Program-made: the position numbers and the translations under genes
Source: Bugula neritina
Lineage: Eukaryota; Animalia; Bryozoa
DNA: 64,000 nt
Direction: 5' to 3'
Assembly (NCBI GenBank): GCA_964035545.1
Contig: OZ037772.1
Coordinates: forward strand, 5,522,233 to 5,586,232
The notes under the pieces: model-generated
What the model saw: the letters and a program-made list of their open reading frames with translations, nothing else
The model's database searches: none
Told to the model about the DNA's origin: nothing
In this document: positions 1-13,219 of the stretch, in pieces
Layout of the letters: each line of letters begins with the position of its first letter
Numbering within the stretch: position 1 is the stretch's first letter

Positions 1-2621
1 AAGAAACACAAGCATTTTATGGAAAAAGAACTCCATAAGATTGAAGAAGGAACCTTGCAAGAACTAGGCACATCAATTGGTGAAGAAGATAATGAAGAGC
101 TAAATTTGCAAATAGAGGATGTTATAGTACAACATGAGATAGCATATAAATCAGCCATGAGAATTTTAAAAGTACCTAGTTCAGAGGTGGAAAAAGTGTT
201 AGTAGAAAAATTATAAATGAGCATAACAAACTATCTAATGATCGACCAACACTAAGAGCCCTTAGGCACATTGAGAGGGTCAAATTACTACAGGCAGTAA
301 AACAGATTAATGATGTGCTAAACTGTGTTGAGATTATTAATACCATTGAGCTTAATAACACCACCATGGCTTGTGCGAAAAATAGTAACAGAACAAGTGT
401 GTAACAAAAAGGAAAAAGAAAAACTGACAATGTACAAGTATGGAAAATACGACTGCAGAAGAAATAAAAAGAAATTAGATCAGACTTAAGTAAAATAGCA
501 GAGTGAAAAAGTAGAGCTTACAATGATTCATTGAGAAGAATGGTTGAAGAAAAATATAGGATAAAGAACAAAGAGTGTGGTGTGGTGATTGAAAAACTAA
601 AGCAAAACCTGAGAGCTGTAAGCCAGAAGATAAACATATATACAGAATGAGTTGATCAATATAATCAGAACACAATGTTTACAATGATAAGCGCTTTTAT
701 CAAGAATTACGAGGAAATGAATACGTACATCTAAAGAGGCACCTGACAAGGAAATCAAAAGCATTCTGATAAAATATATGGGGTCAGCCAACTAAAAATA
801 ATACCAATGCAGAATGACTAAATAAAGTTAGCAACAAATTGGAGCATATGTAAAGACAAGGAAATTAGATCTTAGAAACGATGCAAACAACTGGAATAGC
901 AATTAATGTCATAAGGTTGATAAGAAAAAGCATGAAACCTGGAAAACACAACTGAAATACCTGGAAGAAAAGATAGGATAAATAAAGATCAAACTAAGAA
1001 TTTTCCAAGGAGACTCTTTATCTCTATCCCTTTTCTCCAACTACCGATTCGCATGACAGAAGCGGCTCAATGATGCAAATTTCGACGAGACAGAAAACAA
1101 ACCATCTCCTATATGTGGATGACCTGAAGGTAAATAGGAAATCAAAGTGGGAACTGGAAGCTTTGGTAAACACTGCCGGGATCTTCACAAGGAATATAGA
1201 AATGAAATTTGGATTAAAAAATGTGCCACACTGGTTATGAGAAAGGGAAAGAAAAATAAGGACACAGGAATCAGTTTGCCTAATGAACAGGTATTCAAAG
1301 ATCTGGGTGAGAAGCCGTATAAATATCTAGGAGTTCTTGAGATTGATGGAATACAAATATATGAAATGAAAAATAAGATCAAGGAGTACTACAAACAAAT
1401 AAGAAAAGTTCTGAATTCAAAACTGAATGGTGAGAACACAATCAAAGCAATAAACACATGGGCAGTAACAGCAGTGCATTACACAGCTAGAATACTTGAC
1501 TGAACTGTTTCATGAGCTAAAAAATATAGACTGAAAGACAAGGAAGCTAATGACAACAAACCGTGCACCCTATCCGAGAGCAGATGTAGGCAGGCTGTAT
1601 TTTAGCAGAAGGGAAGGCGGTAGAAGAATGTTGTCAACTGAAAAATGCATAAAGATTGAAAACTGTAGCATGTCAGACTACATAAATATAACATAGACTG
1701 ATAGAAACACCACACTGAATACCTTCCTAAAAGACAGAACAGCGGTAGAACTAAATAATGATAAAGTGATAGAAAGAACTGATGAGTGTAAAGAAAAGCT
1801 TCACGTGGTCAATACATCAAAATGGTGGAAGACATGAAAGCATTTTCCTGGAACTGGTTGAAGTATGGTTGGCTGAAAAAGGAAACAGAAGGACTGCTGA
1901 CAGCTGCGCAAGATCAACTATTCACTACTAGAAATTATAAAGTGGCTATGATGAGAGAACAGGGTAGCAAGAAGTGTGGAATGTGTAACGCAAGAGACAA
2001 AACTTCGATGCACGTATTGAGTGAGTTTGAGAAGGTAGCAGAAGGAGAATATAAGAAAAACACAACCTTTTGGCATTGATAATTTCAATAGTAGTTGTGT
2101 GAACTTCGTGGGTTTCAGAAAAGTAAGAATTGGTACGGCCATCAAGCAGAATAAGTACTGGAAAATGATAATGTGAAAACCTTGTAAGATTTTAACATAC
2201 ACACTGACGTAGTCATCAAAGTTAGGAGACCCGATATATTAGTAGTTGACAAGCATAATGCTGAAACAACGATAATTGATATCACAGTCCCTGTTAACTA
2301 CAGAGTAAAAGAAAAAAATTCGAAAAGTTAGGAAAATATCAGAATTTAGCACTAGAATAAACCCGCCTTTGGAAAACATCAAAAAAGTCATCCCGTTGTA
2401 ACTGGAGCCTTTGGAGCTTTATACAAGATTGTAGACTGGCTGACACTACTTGGAGTAGCTGAAAACAAACGCTCATTAATTCAGCAGACACCCTTACTAG
2501 GATCAGGATAAGCTCACATCCTGAGGAAAGTTCTAGCTATTTCAGCCTAGTATAACTAGGCCAATGGTAAAAGGTTACACCAGCTAAAAAACTACGGTCA
2601 ATCAACAATAATAATAATAAT
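1..2621 (+). mobile_element. Decayed R4/Dong-clade (RLE-type) non-LTR retrotransposon, copy 1 (5' part outside window)
   Basis: Broken frames give the RT motifs IFQGDSLS (~1000) and HLLYVDDLKV (~1100), KPYKYLGV, WLKKETEGLLTAAQDQ, a CCHC-like CGMC..MHVLS and the RLE motif RRPDILVVDK..IIDITVP (~2225-2290). It ends in (AAT)n at ~2606-2621. Many stops and frameshifts. Confidence 0.85.
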
Positions 2622-4376
2622 AGTGCAGTTGGTTCTATTATTAGATTAGCATATCGATTATGACTTTTCGATTGCCACCCTGATACTATGAGTAAAATGT
2701 ACAAGCATACGTGAAAGTATAGATATGATCATAAGTATAAAAATAGGTATAAGTATAAATATAAATTTAGGTACAAGTATAAAACGAATGATTATATTAT
2801 TAATAATATTAGTCAGTGATACCTATAACCGTAATGGTTTTTAGACTTACAGTTATCATTAACATTAGCTGAGTAATATGATTAGTTAAAATAATGGTAT
2901 TCATTATTATATCATAGTTATAAGTTATAACTCTAGTCTCTAAAGAGCAACAGGAAGTGTAATTGGGATATTCATATTAAATTTCATATTCACATAGTGA
3001 AATGTTTATGTTATGAACTAATTTATTCCTTCAACATTTAACTATAAATATGATTAACACTAACTTCGACCAGCAGTATTACTAAAAGAAGCGTATTACA
3101 AATATAAGATAATAAAATTCTAGTAGTAGGACTAATAGTATTACTAGGTCCAGTATTATTCTTGTTATCTTATTCATCATTCATGAGTTATCAAATTTAA
3201 AATTACTACTTATTAGCATCAGCATATAAAAAGTAAGATAATTAGGAATAATTATCATGAGGTATGATCTATGATTTGCATTATCCATATATAGTTTAAT
3301 ATCAATATGATATATTATTATTGCTGATAGTCTATGTTATAGTTAAATTTATACTTATCTTTACAGTTACCTATAGTAGCACTTATTAGTTATTTGTGGT
3401 AGCCAAACTAATGTTTAATATTAATAAATTAAACTGAGTATCATAAAAGTGTTACTAAGAATTTCGATTATAATCGTAATGGTGATCATATTACTTTATT
3501 ATAATTATTATATTTTATCATTAATGCTAAACTGAGTTAATGTATATACTTTGAGTTTTACTATTACTCATTATATTTACACTTATAGTAAAACTAAATA
3601 TGTAAAAGTTATACTTATACTATTAATATTTGTATTTCATTAGACTTACATCTAAGATCGCAGTCCTATTACTACTACCACTGATACTAGTACTACAACT
3701 AGTACTAGTACTGCTACTAGTACTAGTACTACTACTACTACTAATAGTACTGTTACTACTACTACTACTACTAGTACTACTACTAGGTCTACTACTGTAC
3801 CAGTACAACTACAAACTTTGAAAATAACTGCAAGAAAGGTATGACTTACTCTTTTTCTTAGTCTTACTGTGACTCTCAGTCGTAATGTAAAATAAAATTG
3901 TGAACTGTAAAGTTAAACCCAAGGCTGAAATTTATTTAATTAAATTTAGACAATCTGAATCATTGGCCCAATCCTTGAGTTTGACTATTACTATTATTAT
4001 TAGTGTTACGATTGTGATTATCATTGGCATTATGCCATTATCATTATGATTATCATTATGATTGTAATTGTGGTAATTCTAACATTAATTATAATCATAA
4101 ATTAAAAGGTAATGATTAATGATAATTATTTTCATTTTGTAATCATAATGATAATCATAATGATGTAAATTTTGATGTAAAACCAAAATACTAAAACTAA
4201 AAGTAAAAGTTATAAAATTAAATGATAAAATATTATAATGATAATTATTATATTTATTATAATATTATTATTGAATATATTATTTCATTAGAAAATAGGT
4301 TGCAGCTTAGCATGATTAAAATTCAGTAAAAATTAGTTTACCAACAGCAAATAGGCATGCGTCTTGTCAACATTCA
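2622..4376. repeat. Cryptic simple-sequence tract (3/6-bp periodic, AT-rich), including a (TAC/TAG)n run at ~3667-3812
   Basis: Mosaic of short imperfect repeats (ATAAGT, ATTATC, TACTAG). It continues after the transposon at 9241-~12360. Confidence 0.75.
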
Positions 4377-4378
4377 AT

Positions 4379-5450
4379 AGACCATGTAAAACTCAGCCAA
4401 TCAGCAAAGTGTACCAGGTCAATGTCTTAACATTGTAACAGATATAAAATTCTGCAAGTTCAATTGCAAAATGCATGCTTCTAAAAGCTAGTTGTGCAAC
4501 TTTTTTTTCATGCATTATTTAATTTCATATCTTAAATTGATGACTCTTGAAATGATTTTTTAAAATGTCTAAATTAAGTGTTTATAAAATGCAATTAAAA
4601 ATTGCATGTCCAAAAAAATGACCTGGTACACTTTTGCAACTTAAGGCCAGTTATTACATAACTGCCAGCTTAGTAGTTATTTGTTGTTGCAGCTTGAATG
4701 GGTTATTGTTTAGCATTGAAAGCTTGTAGTAAACCACTGTGAATTTGGTACATGACTTTGATTGGCTGGTTTTTGAATGGCCCTTTAGTATATGCATCTG
4801 GATGGCTGGGTAGTGTAGGCTCCGCCTACATCTAGCTAATGTACAGTAGCCAATCCACAGTAGTATTACAAAATTTCTGTTTAACATATGAAATATTCTG
4901 GTCATTTGTTTTGTACTTTACAATAGTATATATTCTATTCAACTGGAATTTTATTGTATGTAAGACATGGGAACTACTAAGAGGTTAAATCAACCACCCA
5001 TATGCTGGTAATATTGTAGCTAGCAGTAATAGCAAGTCCACACCATATAAATATACACATAAGCTATTATGTGCAGCTTATGAATGCTGAAATGACCCCA
5101 TTTCTTACTTTCAATTTGAAAAAAATTGTATTACATATTCTGCCACTTCTGCACCAAGAATGTGTTTTCCTTTTAAATTTTGAAAATAGTAGTCAGTTTC
5201 TGCAGCAGTCAACATCCACAATAAACAACGTAAGCTTTCAAATAAACTATAAATATATGAAATATTAGTGTGGAAACAATGTGATTTATTCATTGCTATG
5301 ATGAAAATTACAAGAATATTATATAAAAGCTAGATATAGATTTCTAGTAAAATGGCACAGGTAAAAATAACACATTTTTACTTCAAATTCTAAATTTCAT
5401 CAGTCACCAATGGTGGCTGTAGATTACAGAGAGCACAGCAGACTATCATA
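4379..5450. repeat. Left long inverted arm of the ISL2EU element (true 3' end)
   Basis: Reverse complement of 7465-9238 once the MITE is removed. Includes the last ~20 transposase codons. Confidence 0.95.
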
Positions 5451-7460
5451 GTCTTGTCTAATAGAGGTGCCAACACCAAGTTCACACTTCGGGACCATTT
5501 AAAATATTGAACTCCTTTATCCTTTTGATTGCTCTTTCGACATGGATTCGAAGGTTAGAAATCAACTTTGTTTGCAGTAACTGCATTTTAGTCATTTGCA
5601 AATAGCCTTTTTTCCCAGGTGATATGGTCAACTTGGCTCCAGCGCCTATAAGTTCTTCTTCAATAAGAAAGCCTCTATCTGCCATGACCACATCACCTGG
5701 GTTTATGAAGTCTAAGAACCCAGAGCCATTCACTACACACTTGTCTGAGGCTCTACCTCCCATTCCATGCGAAATAAAGCAGATAGTGCCCCTGGGTGTA
5801 ATTGCAACCAAATACTTGATGGTGTTGGTCTTTTTATACTCACCCCATGTTAAATATTGAGCCAGCTTTGATTGAGGCTTGCAAATGAATATTTCTGTGC
5901 AGTCTATAATGCACCTAATGTAAGCATATTGGCTTTGAAAGCTCAGAGGAATGTTCAGCTTTTCTCTTGGTGGAAAATATATTAGATTGGTCAGTTCTCT
6001 TGCTAAAATATCTAATGTGTCTTTGAAGATTTTGCTTGCTAGCAATCTAGAGATATAAAAAAGGCCAGCAAGTATTTGAAACTGTAAACCTTGACGCAGC
6101 TTCATTAAAGCCAATAAAAGTTCACCTTGTCTTGTTAACTTTTTTCGGAGAGTAAGAACTTTCATCTTCTGACATATAAATCTAAATAATATAGTAAATA
6201 AAGAAAGAAAATTAAATTATGATTCAAATTATAATGTATGTGCTAAATAAATTTTGTGCTTAGTTTGTATTCATTCAGCAGTTTTTACCCTCTGGTAAGT
6301 AGCTTCAGTTATATTTTGCAACAACTATGAAGTTCAAGAACTGCTAGCTGAAGGCTTGACCCAATATAGCACCATCCAAACAGAATGTAATGTGTGTCAA
6401 CATGTGTTACATAATACTGTAACAGTACATGATTAGCTAGTTGTATGAATACATGCTTTGAATGAAGTCATGAGTTTAAACAAATACTGTGGACAAACAA
6501 TTATTACTTTATTTTATAATTATACTATAACTAATTCAAACCCATATTATTTCTAGAATAGCATTTAATAATGTTTGTGAATAAGTGAAACTAGTAACAA
6601 GTGTAAACCATTTTAGTTTTAAACACCTACTTAGTTTCAGCTAATAATTAGATTAGGAGGCCACTTTTATTAAGCTTTAAAATAACCAAGGAAAATTTAG
6701 GTTAAAAAAATTACTTTTTCTGGAGAAAGTGAGTCAATTTGTCCACAAATAGAAGACTGTTGCTTGTTTAAATAAAACCCTAAACTAGATAAGTCAAAGC
6801 ATACAGATGACCATTGTGGTATTTATGAATATCTTACATAAAACAACATCTTTAATAAAAAATGTATGAATGATACACTCACACTGCAACAAATTTAATT
6901 AAAATGACAGTTTTAATACATATAAAATTTAATCAATGTGCAAATTTTAGCATAGTGAGACTTGCATTGTTTATTTGTAATAAACCATAGTATATCTTTG
7001 CAATAAGAAAATAATAATTTTCACCTTGCTAAAGAAAAGTATAGAAAACGTGTAGGTATTCCAGTATAAATTTTAGTTTGCTCATCTGTAGTGGTGAAAG
7101 TTTTTAAAAAATTTTACTTTTTTAATAGTTGCTTTTTGTTTTAACATGGAATTTGTTGAGCTTTTTCTTCCAACTTTTGATTTTCGACTATTAATAGAAT
7201 GTGCAGATCTTTTTTTCTGAGTAGTTGATGATTCTGGTAACTCAGTTACTTCTGATGAAGTCTGACTATGAGGATGGCTGTCAGATGAGTTCTGTTGCTT
7301 TATATCAGCTGACTCTGTTGAAAACGTTTTTTGTCCGTTTCCTACACATGTTTCATTAAAACCACTGTTTTTTGTGCGTCTTACATTATATGCTTTAGTG
7401 CGTTGGTAACCTAAATGGAGGGTTGGAGTTGAATTTTGCTCAGTGGGCTGACCATCCTTA
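5390..7460 (-). pseudogene. Harbinger/ISL2EU transposase (THAP tail, HTH, DDE), 5'-truncated and frameshifted
   Basis: Exon ~7460-7025 (..PTEQNSTPTLHLGY..DEQTKIYTGIP..) joins in frame across GT-AG intron 7024-6182 to exon 6181-5390. That exon has IIDCTEIFI, YKKTNTIKYLVAITP, GGRASD, MADRGF and RIHVERAIKRIK. A frameshift near 5485 precedes the C-terminus ..CCALCNLQPPLVTDEI*. Confidence 0.88.
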
Positions 7461-7464
7461 TGAT

Positions 7465-9238
7465 TATGATAGTCTGCTGTGCTCTCTGTAATCTACAGCC
7501 ACCATTGGTGACTGATGAAATTTAGAATTTGAAGTAAAAATGTGTTATTTTTACCTGTGCCATTTTACTAGAAATCTATATCTAGCTTTTATATAATTAT
7601 ATTCTCGTAATTTTTCATCATAGCAATGAATAAATTACATTGTTTCCACACTAATATTTCGTATATTTATAGTTTATTTGAAAGCTTACGTTGTTTATTG
7701 TGGATGCAGTTGACTGCTATAGAAACTGACTACTATTTTCAAAATTTAAAAGGAAAACACATTCCTGGTGCAGAAGTGGCAGAATATGTAATACAATTTA
7801 TTTCAAATTGAAAGTAAGAAATGGGGTCATTTCAACATTCATAAGCTGCACATAAAAGCTTATGTGTATATTTATATGGTGTGGACTTGCTATTACTGCT
7901 AGCTACAATATTACCAGCATGCATGGGTGATTGATTTAACTTCTTAGTAGTTCCCATGGCTTACATACAATAAAATTCCAGTTGAATAGAATATTTACTA
8001 TTGTAAAGTACAAAACAAATGACCAGAATATTTCATATGTTAAACAGAAATTTTGTAATACTACTGTGGATTGGCTACTGTACATTAGCTAGATGTAGGC
8101 GGAGCCTACACTACCCAGCCATCCAGATGCATATACTAAAGGGCCATTCAAAAACCAGCCAATCAAAGTCATGTACCAAATTCACAGTGGTTTACTACAA
8201 GCTTTCAATGCTAAACAATAACCCATTCAAGCTGCAACAACAAATAACTACTAAGCTGGCAGTTATGTAATAATTGGCCTTAACCCTTTCGCGATCAACT
8301 TTGAAGTTGCGTAATATTAAGTCTCGTTTGAGTTTATCGCGAAATTTACTAACAAATTTTGCATAACTTTCAATTTCATTATTAAAAGGTTACACTTGAT
8401 TTTGGCCTTAAATAAACTGGGTATTATAATTTAAACAGTACTTTCTTTTATAAAAAGCTTTTTAAAGTGACGGTCGACTTCAATTCTAGCTAAAATCAGT
8501 CATTTTAGTTTGACCTCTCAAAACCGCCATTTTAAAATTGAAAATTCAAAATGATAAAATTAATTTATAATATATTTCAAAATATAATGACTTTAACATT
8601 TCTGTTTATTTAGATGTTCTTCTAAATGTAATCTGAATAAAATAAACTGGCTCTCTATAATTTGACAGCAGTTTCATGCATTTGAAAGTATCGTTAAAAT
8701 TTACCGACAATTTTGAAATTTAGGGATTAAATTGAAAAGCAACTAGCTGGCTTGGTAGCTGTTAATTTAATCAAATTTAATGGCTCTAATTATCCGAAAA
8801 TTACTAAGCTGCCCTATCAACATCAATTACAAAAACTTTTAGGCTTTTCGGTTGCAAACTGGAAGTTTAAAGTGAGCGCTATTGTTAATTTACCTAAAAG
8901 ACCATATATGGTCCATTGATCTGTGGATAGTGTCGCTTTCAGGGACATATATGGTCCATTGATCGCGTAAGGGTTAAGTTGCAAAAGTGTACCAGGTCAT
9001 TTTTTTGGACATGCAATTTTTAATTGCATTTTATAAACACTTAATTTAGACATTTTAAAAAATCATTTCAAGAGTCATCAATTTAGATATGAAATTAAAT
9101 AATGCATTAAAAAAAAGTTGCATAACTAGCTTTTAGAAGTATGCATTTTGCAATTGAACTTGCAGAATTTTATATCAGTTACAATGGTAGAACATTGACC
9201 TGGTACACTTTGCTGATTGGCTGAGTTTTACATGGTCT
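7465..9238. repeat. Right long inverted arm of the ISL2EU element (copy of the 3' end replacing the 5' end)
   Basis: Begins TATGATAGTCTGCTGTGCTCTCTG at 7465, the reverse complement of the sequence ending at 5450. Interrupted by MITE 8284-8973. Confidence 0.95.
8284..8973. mobile_element. piggyBac-type non-autonomous element (MITE), 690 bp
   Basis: TTAA TSD at 8280-8283 and 8974-8977. TIRs CCCTTTCGCGATCAA / TTGATCGCGTAAGGG. Subterminal direct repeat CATATATGGTCCATTGATC occurs twice. The left arm has the empty TTAA at 4641-4644. Confidence 0.93.
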
Positions 9239-9240
9239 AT

Positions 9241-12200
9241 TCGTAGTGTCATAGCGAAGCCAGATTACTGGTAGTACGACTACTAGAACTACTACTACTA
9301 GTGATGGATTACAGATCCTTGGCGATTTTAGCTGTGAGTGACCTTCACCTCACATTCTCGTCATGTGCGCGGCATAAGACTAAGTAGAGGGTATGAAGCA
9401 CTGAGCTGGAAAAGAAAGAATATATTTTAATTATAGGTAATACTAATAGTAATATAATTTATGGTAATATATAGGTAATATTATTGAGTTTATTGGTATG
9501 GAGTATAGACCTATCATTGATAGTATCAGTATCAACTACCACTTACGTACTACTTCAACTTATAACTTACCTTCAACTCAAACTGAAACTGCTTGGAATC
9601 ATTTGTCTTTGATCATATTCATATTGGCATTGTGATTGTCATTGTGATTGTAATAACTATTAATATTTTTAGTTCAACATCAATGCCGAACATATTGTAA
9701 TAACTAATAAGATAATCATAAGGTTGATATATTTTGCTAATACTAATAGTTATAGTAATAGTTATAGTAATTCAGTGTCACTCTCACTCTGGTGGAGTGA
9801 GACTCAGACTTAGAGTTAGAGACAGAGTGAGTCCGAGTAAGTCTGAGTGTTGGTAATAGTAATAGTCATATAAAGTTAAATTATATTTACTTACTTCTAG
9901 CAATCACAATGGCAATAGTTATAGTAACTTTCACTTACTCTTAAATCATTGAACCTGAACTAAAAATAAAATTAAGCATTATGATTATCATTATCATTAT
10001 ACCTATGATTTTATTGTGTTTAAATTAAAAATCAATATTATGATAATATCATAGTGATAGACATATTATTGATAAATGATAATATAAAAGTAATTTGATA
10101 AATTATACATTGATTTTGAATTAAGGTGATACTGATACTAGACCGGTACTGAAAGTGATAGTAATACTAATAGTAATAGTAATAGTCATATAAATTTAAG
10201 TTATATTTACTCATTACCGGCAATCACAATGGCAATAGTAACTTAAACTGTAACAGTAATGGTATGGGTATGTTTGAAATTGTCACTATCAGTATTGCTA
10301 TGAATCAAAATATAATGCTATCATACCAATAATTTAAAATAATATTACAAAGCTTCAGTAGCAACTTTTACTTGTACCAGTTTGGAATTTTGAATTATAC
10401 ATATTCTTAGTTAAAGTCTTCAAGTTTATTGTCAAAATGAACTTGAAATTAAAGACTTAGTAGTAAAAATTAAACTAAGACTGACTGTAAGTGACTAAGA
10501 TTAAAAATAAGTAATTTTAAATATCGATTTAGTATTTTTCTTACTCTTTGTCTTAAAATTGACTTTTATTTTGCACCTACTCCTGGTCAATGATTCTTTT
10601 TTCTATTTATATTACTATTGCTATTAGTATAATTGACTTAAATTTAATAATAGATATGATTATATCTTTATAAATGTGATATTTGATTTTATGAATAGTA
10701 ATTCGAAAACTCTTTGGTATTATTTATTTTTGATCATTGTAGTTATTATCATTATATTTGTATAATAATTATGATTATCAAATTCAATATCGATATTTGT
10801 ATTATGGTATGGATATCTGCCTCCATCCCATGTTCTGTTTTGCAGTGCCTTTTTACATTCACGTCTAGGTTCACATTGCGATGGTCATACTGATAGCACT
10901 TGGGGACAGTGATGAGCATAATGATTATCACTAATATTAGGATTATCGTTATTAGGATTTAGAATAATTTAATAAACAAGCAACTTAAAACAAATGTTTT
11001 TACTAATATACATATTAATTACTAATATAAATATACTACTATGAATATTATAATTATTATACTTTACAATTCAAAGTAAGATAATCATAATACGAACTGG
11101 TAAAACTAAATATAAAGTAAATGTAATAATACTAATAGTAGTTATCCATTCCCCTTTGGTTTCACATACTAATAATTGGAAACCTCTGTCCTAATATCAT
11201 TTCTATTAATATTGCTCAAAGTTTGATCCCTATTTAATTTTATAGTTCACTCACCAGCTACATAATTTTATTAAAATACATGTGGTATTGGTTATAGTAC
11301 TAGTGAAACTTGAAGTTGAATAGCATGCTTATTACTCACTGCTCTTTGCTTACATTATTAGGGTTACTCTTTAGTCTTAGAGATACCCTAACATAAACTT
11401 GAAAGCTGGAGGTAGTACTAGTCTAGTGCTGTGTTAATCCTACACTGTTGACTTATCAACACTGTGACTATAATTATGACTCCTAAGTCAAAGTCATTTT
11501 CATATAGTAGTAATCACTACGACAGACTGAAAGTCAGGAAGACTAAATATAATGGTAAAGTGTGTAAGAATAAATCATACTTAATCAATTACTTTTAGTT
11601 TTGTTACCAGTGTTGGGTCAACTTTCAGAATAAAGAATAAATATAATTATAAAGATAAATGGATAAAAATTCCAATCATGGTTTAATGTGCCTATTTTAA
11701 GCTGTTAATTTAATTACTATAATATAAGTGCTCAAAATACAACTTTTGATTTTCATAATTATGTTTTAATTTAATACAGATACCATAGTATCATATACAG
11801 TAGAATCAGTTGTATCTTATTTAATAATGAAGTAACTTATTGGAGCTTTCACAGTTATTAATTATTTACTTGTTAGTCTTTGAACAGGGACAATGTTTGA
11901 AACTTGAAGTAGAATGAAGTTTGATTTCAGTTACCGCAATGGTATCTGCAGTCACAATAGGAATACGCATATAACTATGTTTATATTTGTGAAAAATATA
12001 TAGTCAAAACTAGATAAGGTAATAGTAATTATAATTGGTTTCACTTTTAATATATTCCTATAAACTGGAAAATAGACAAAAGCATTTAATCATGAAAGTA
12101 AACCTAGTGGAAGTAAATCAATTCACTAAGTATAGTAAAATATTTACTATTCAGTAAGTTTATTTACTTTAGTTAATTGTACTTGATTATTTCTGTCGGT

Positions 12201-12360
12201 TTTTCAGTTGATTTTTCTACCTTTTGCTATAGCATATCAAACTACCACAAAGTCATGCTTCCGTATTACAATTATAAACATAGTGTTACTGTGTAATGTT
12301 ATAGTAATGTAATAGTAATATTTGGATCATTGTAAGTATTTCTGTTGTTGTACTGATTGA
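9241..12360. repeat. Cryptic simple-sequence tract, continued
   Basis: Runs such as AGTTATAGTAAT, TCACTCTCACTC, GAGACTCAGACT, TTGTGATTGTCA. No ORFs. Paralogous to ~35081-38210. Confidence 0.65.
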
Positions 12361-13219
12361 TAAATATTTTTTAGCTTGCATGGATATTTGCAACGATCAA
12401 GATGTCATTTGAACCTGGACTGGAATAAAGATGGCAAATCGAGAAGCTAGCTACAATTATTCTGCAGAAAGAAACTTGGTAAGCAAAAATAAGCTGCAGC
12501 ATTAAGCAGTAAGCAATATGACGATGAACTTTGCTTGATTTTGATTGACCTTAAAATATCTGGTCACCTTTCACCAACGTGGTCCTGCGCGGGTGGCGGG
12601 TGACCTTAAAATGTCTGTTGCGCGTAAAATAAATTTTGTGACAGTCAAAAGTATGCTGACCTTTTTTGTATTTCAGTGCATCGGTGTCTTAGCTTAAGAG
12701 CTGAACCCAACAATTATGATCTAAAGCTGTTTTTTACTAGAAAGTGATTTTACTGTCTTTCTGATTATTCTTGGTTTTTCAGCTTGATGAATTGAATAAA
12801 TGGATTTGATTTCGGGTATTATGTAATGGATAAAAGAAATTTTTCTTAAATTTGTACTGAGCAATTTTTGCTATTGCTATGATGTTTAGTGATAAAATTG
12901 CACCCTTAATAACCCTGAAAACTTTCATTACTAGCATTTGTTTATGTTCATTTTTAGGAAATTAAAATGAAGACACAACTCACCGATGCTATCTCACTGT
13001 GCCTGCATGCAGTTTATCTAAAAAGATACTCCTATTAGCTGGCTCTTGCCCAATACCTGGTTGTCTCTGTAACTATTTTTTGCTAGCAGATGAGTTTTTT
13101 GAACTTGATATTTTATTGATTTTGAAAGTTATAGTGAGCTTTGAACTTGCTAGCATCGTTTTTAAAGACTTGCTGCAGTTTTTATCAACATTTTTTAAGT
13201 CAATGGTGTTAGTTTGGAA

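Larger units (their letters stand above)
4379..9238 (-). mobile_element. ISL2EU-type (PIF/Harbinger/ISL2EU/Spy group) DNA transposon, non-autonomous, with ~1.07 kb inverted arms
   Basis: Termini AGACCATGTAAAACTCAGCCAATC...GATTGGCTGAGTTTTACATGGTCT. AT target duplication at 4377-4378 and 9239-9240. The paralogous empty site CATTCAATTCGTAG is at ~35073-35086. Contains a DDE_Tnp_4-like transposase. Confidence 0.93.

Noticed and set aside
3623-3821. Poly-Ser and poly-Leu ORFs on both strands
   Set aside because: Translation of a (TAC/TAG)n simple repeat; the length differs in copy 2.
4654-8270. Identical 83-aa ORFs at 4654-4905 (-) and 8019-8270 (+), as a possible second ISL2EU gene
   Set aside because: Identity is explained by the inverted arms, and no YqaJ or Myb/SANT motifs are recognisable.
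12431-12478. ATG-initiated mini-exon (MANREASYNYSAERNL|GTAAGC)
   Set aside because: The nearby acceptors tested lead quickly to stops, so no coherent gene model results.
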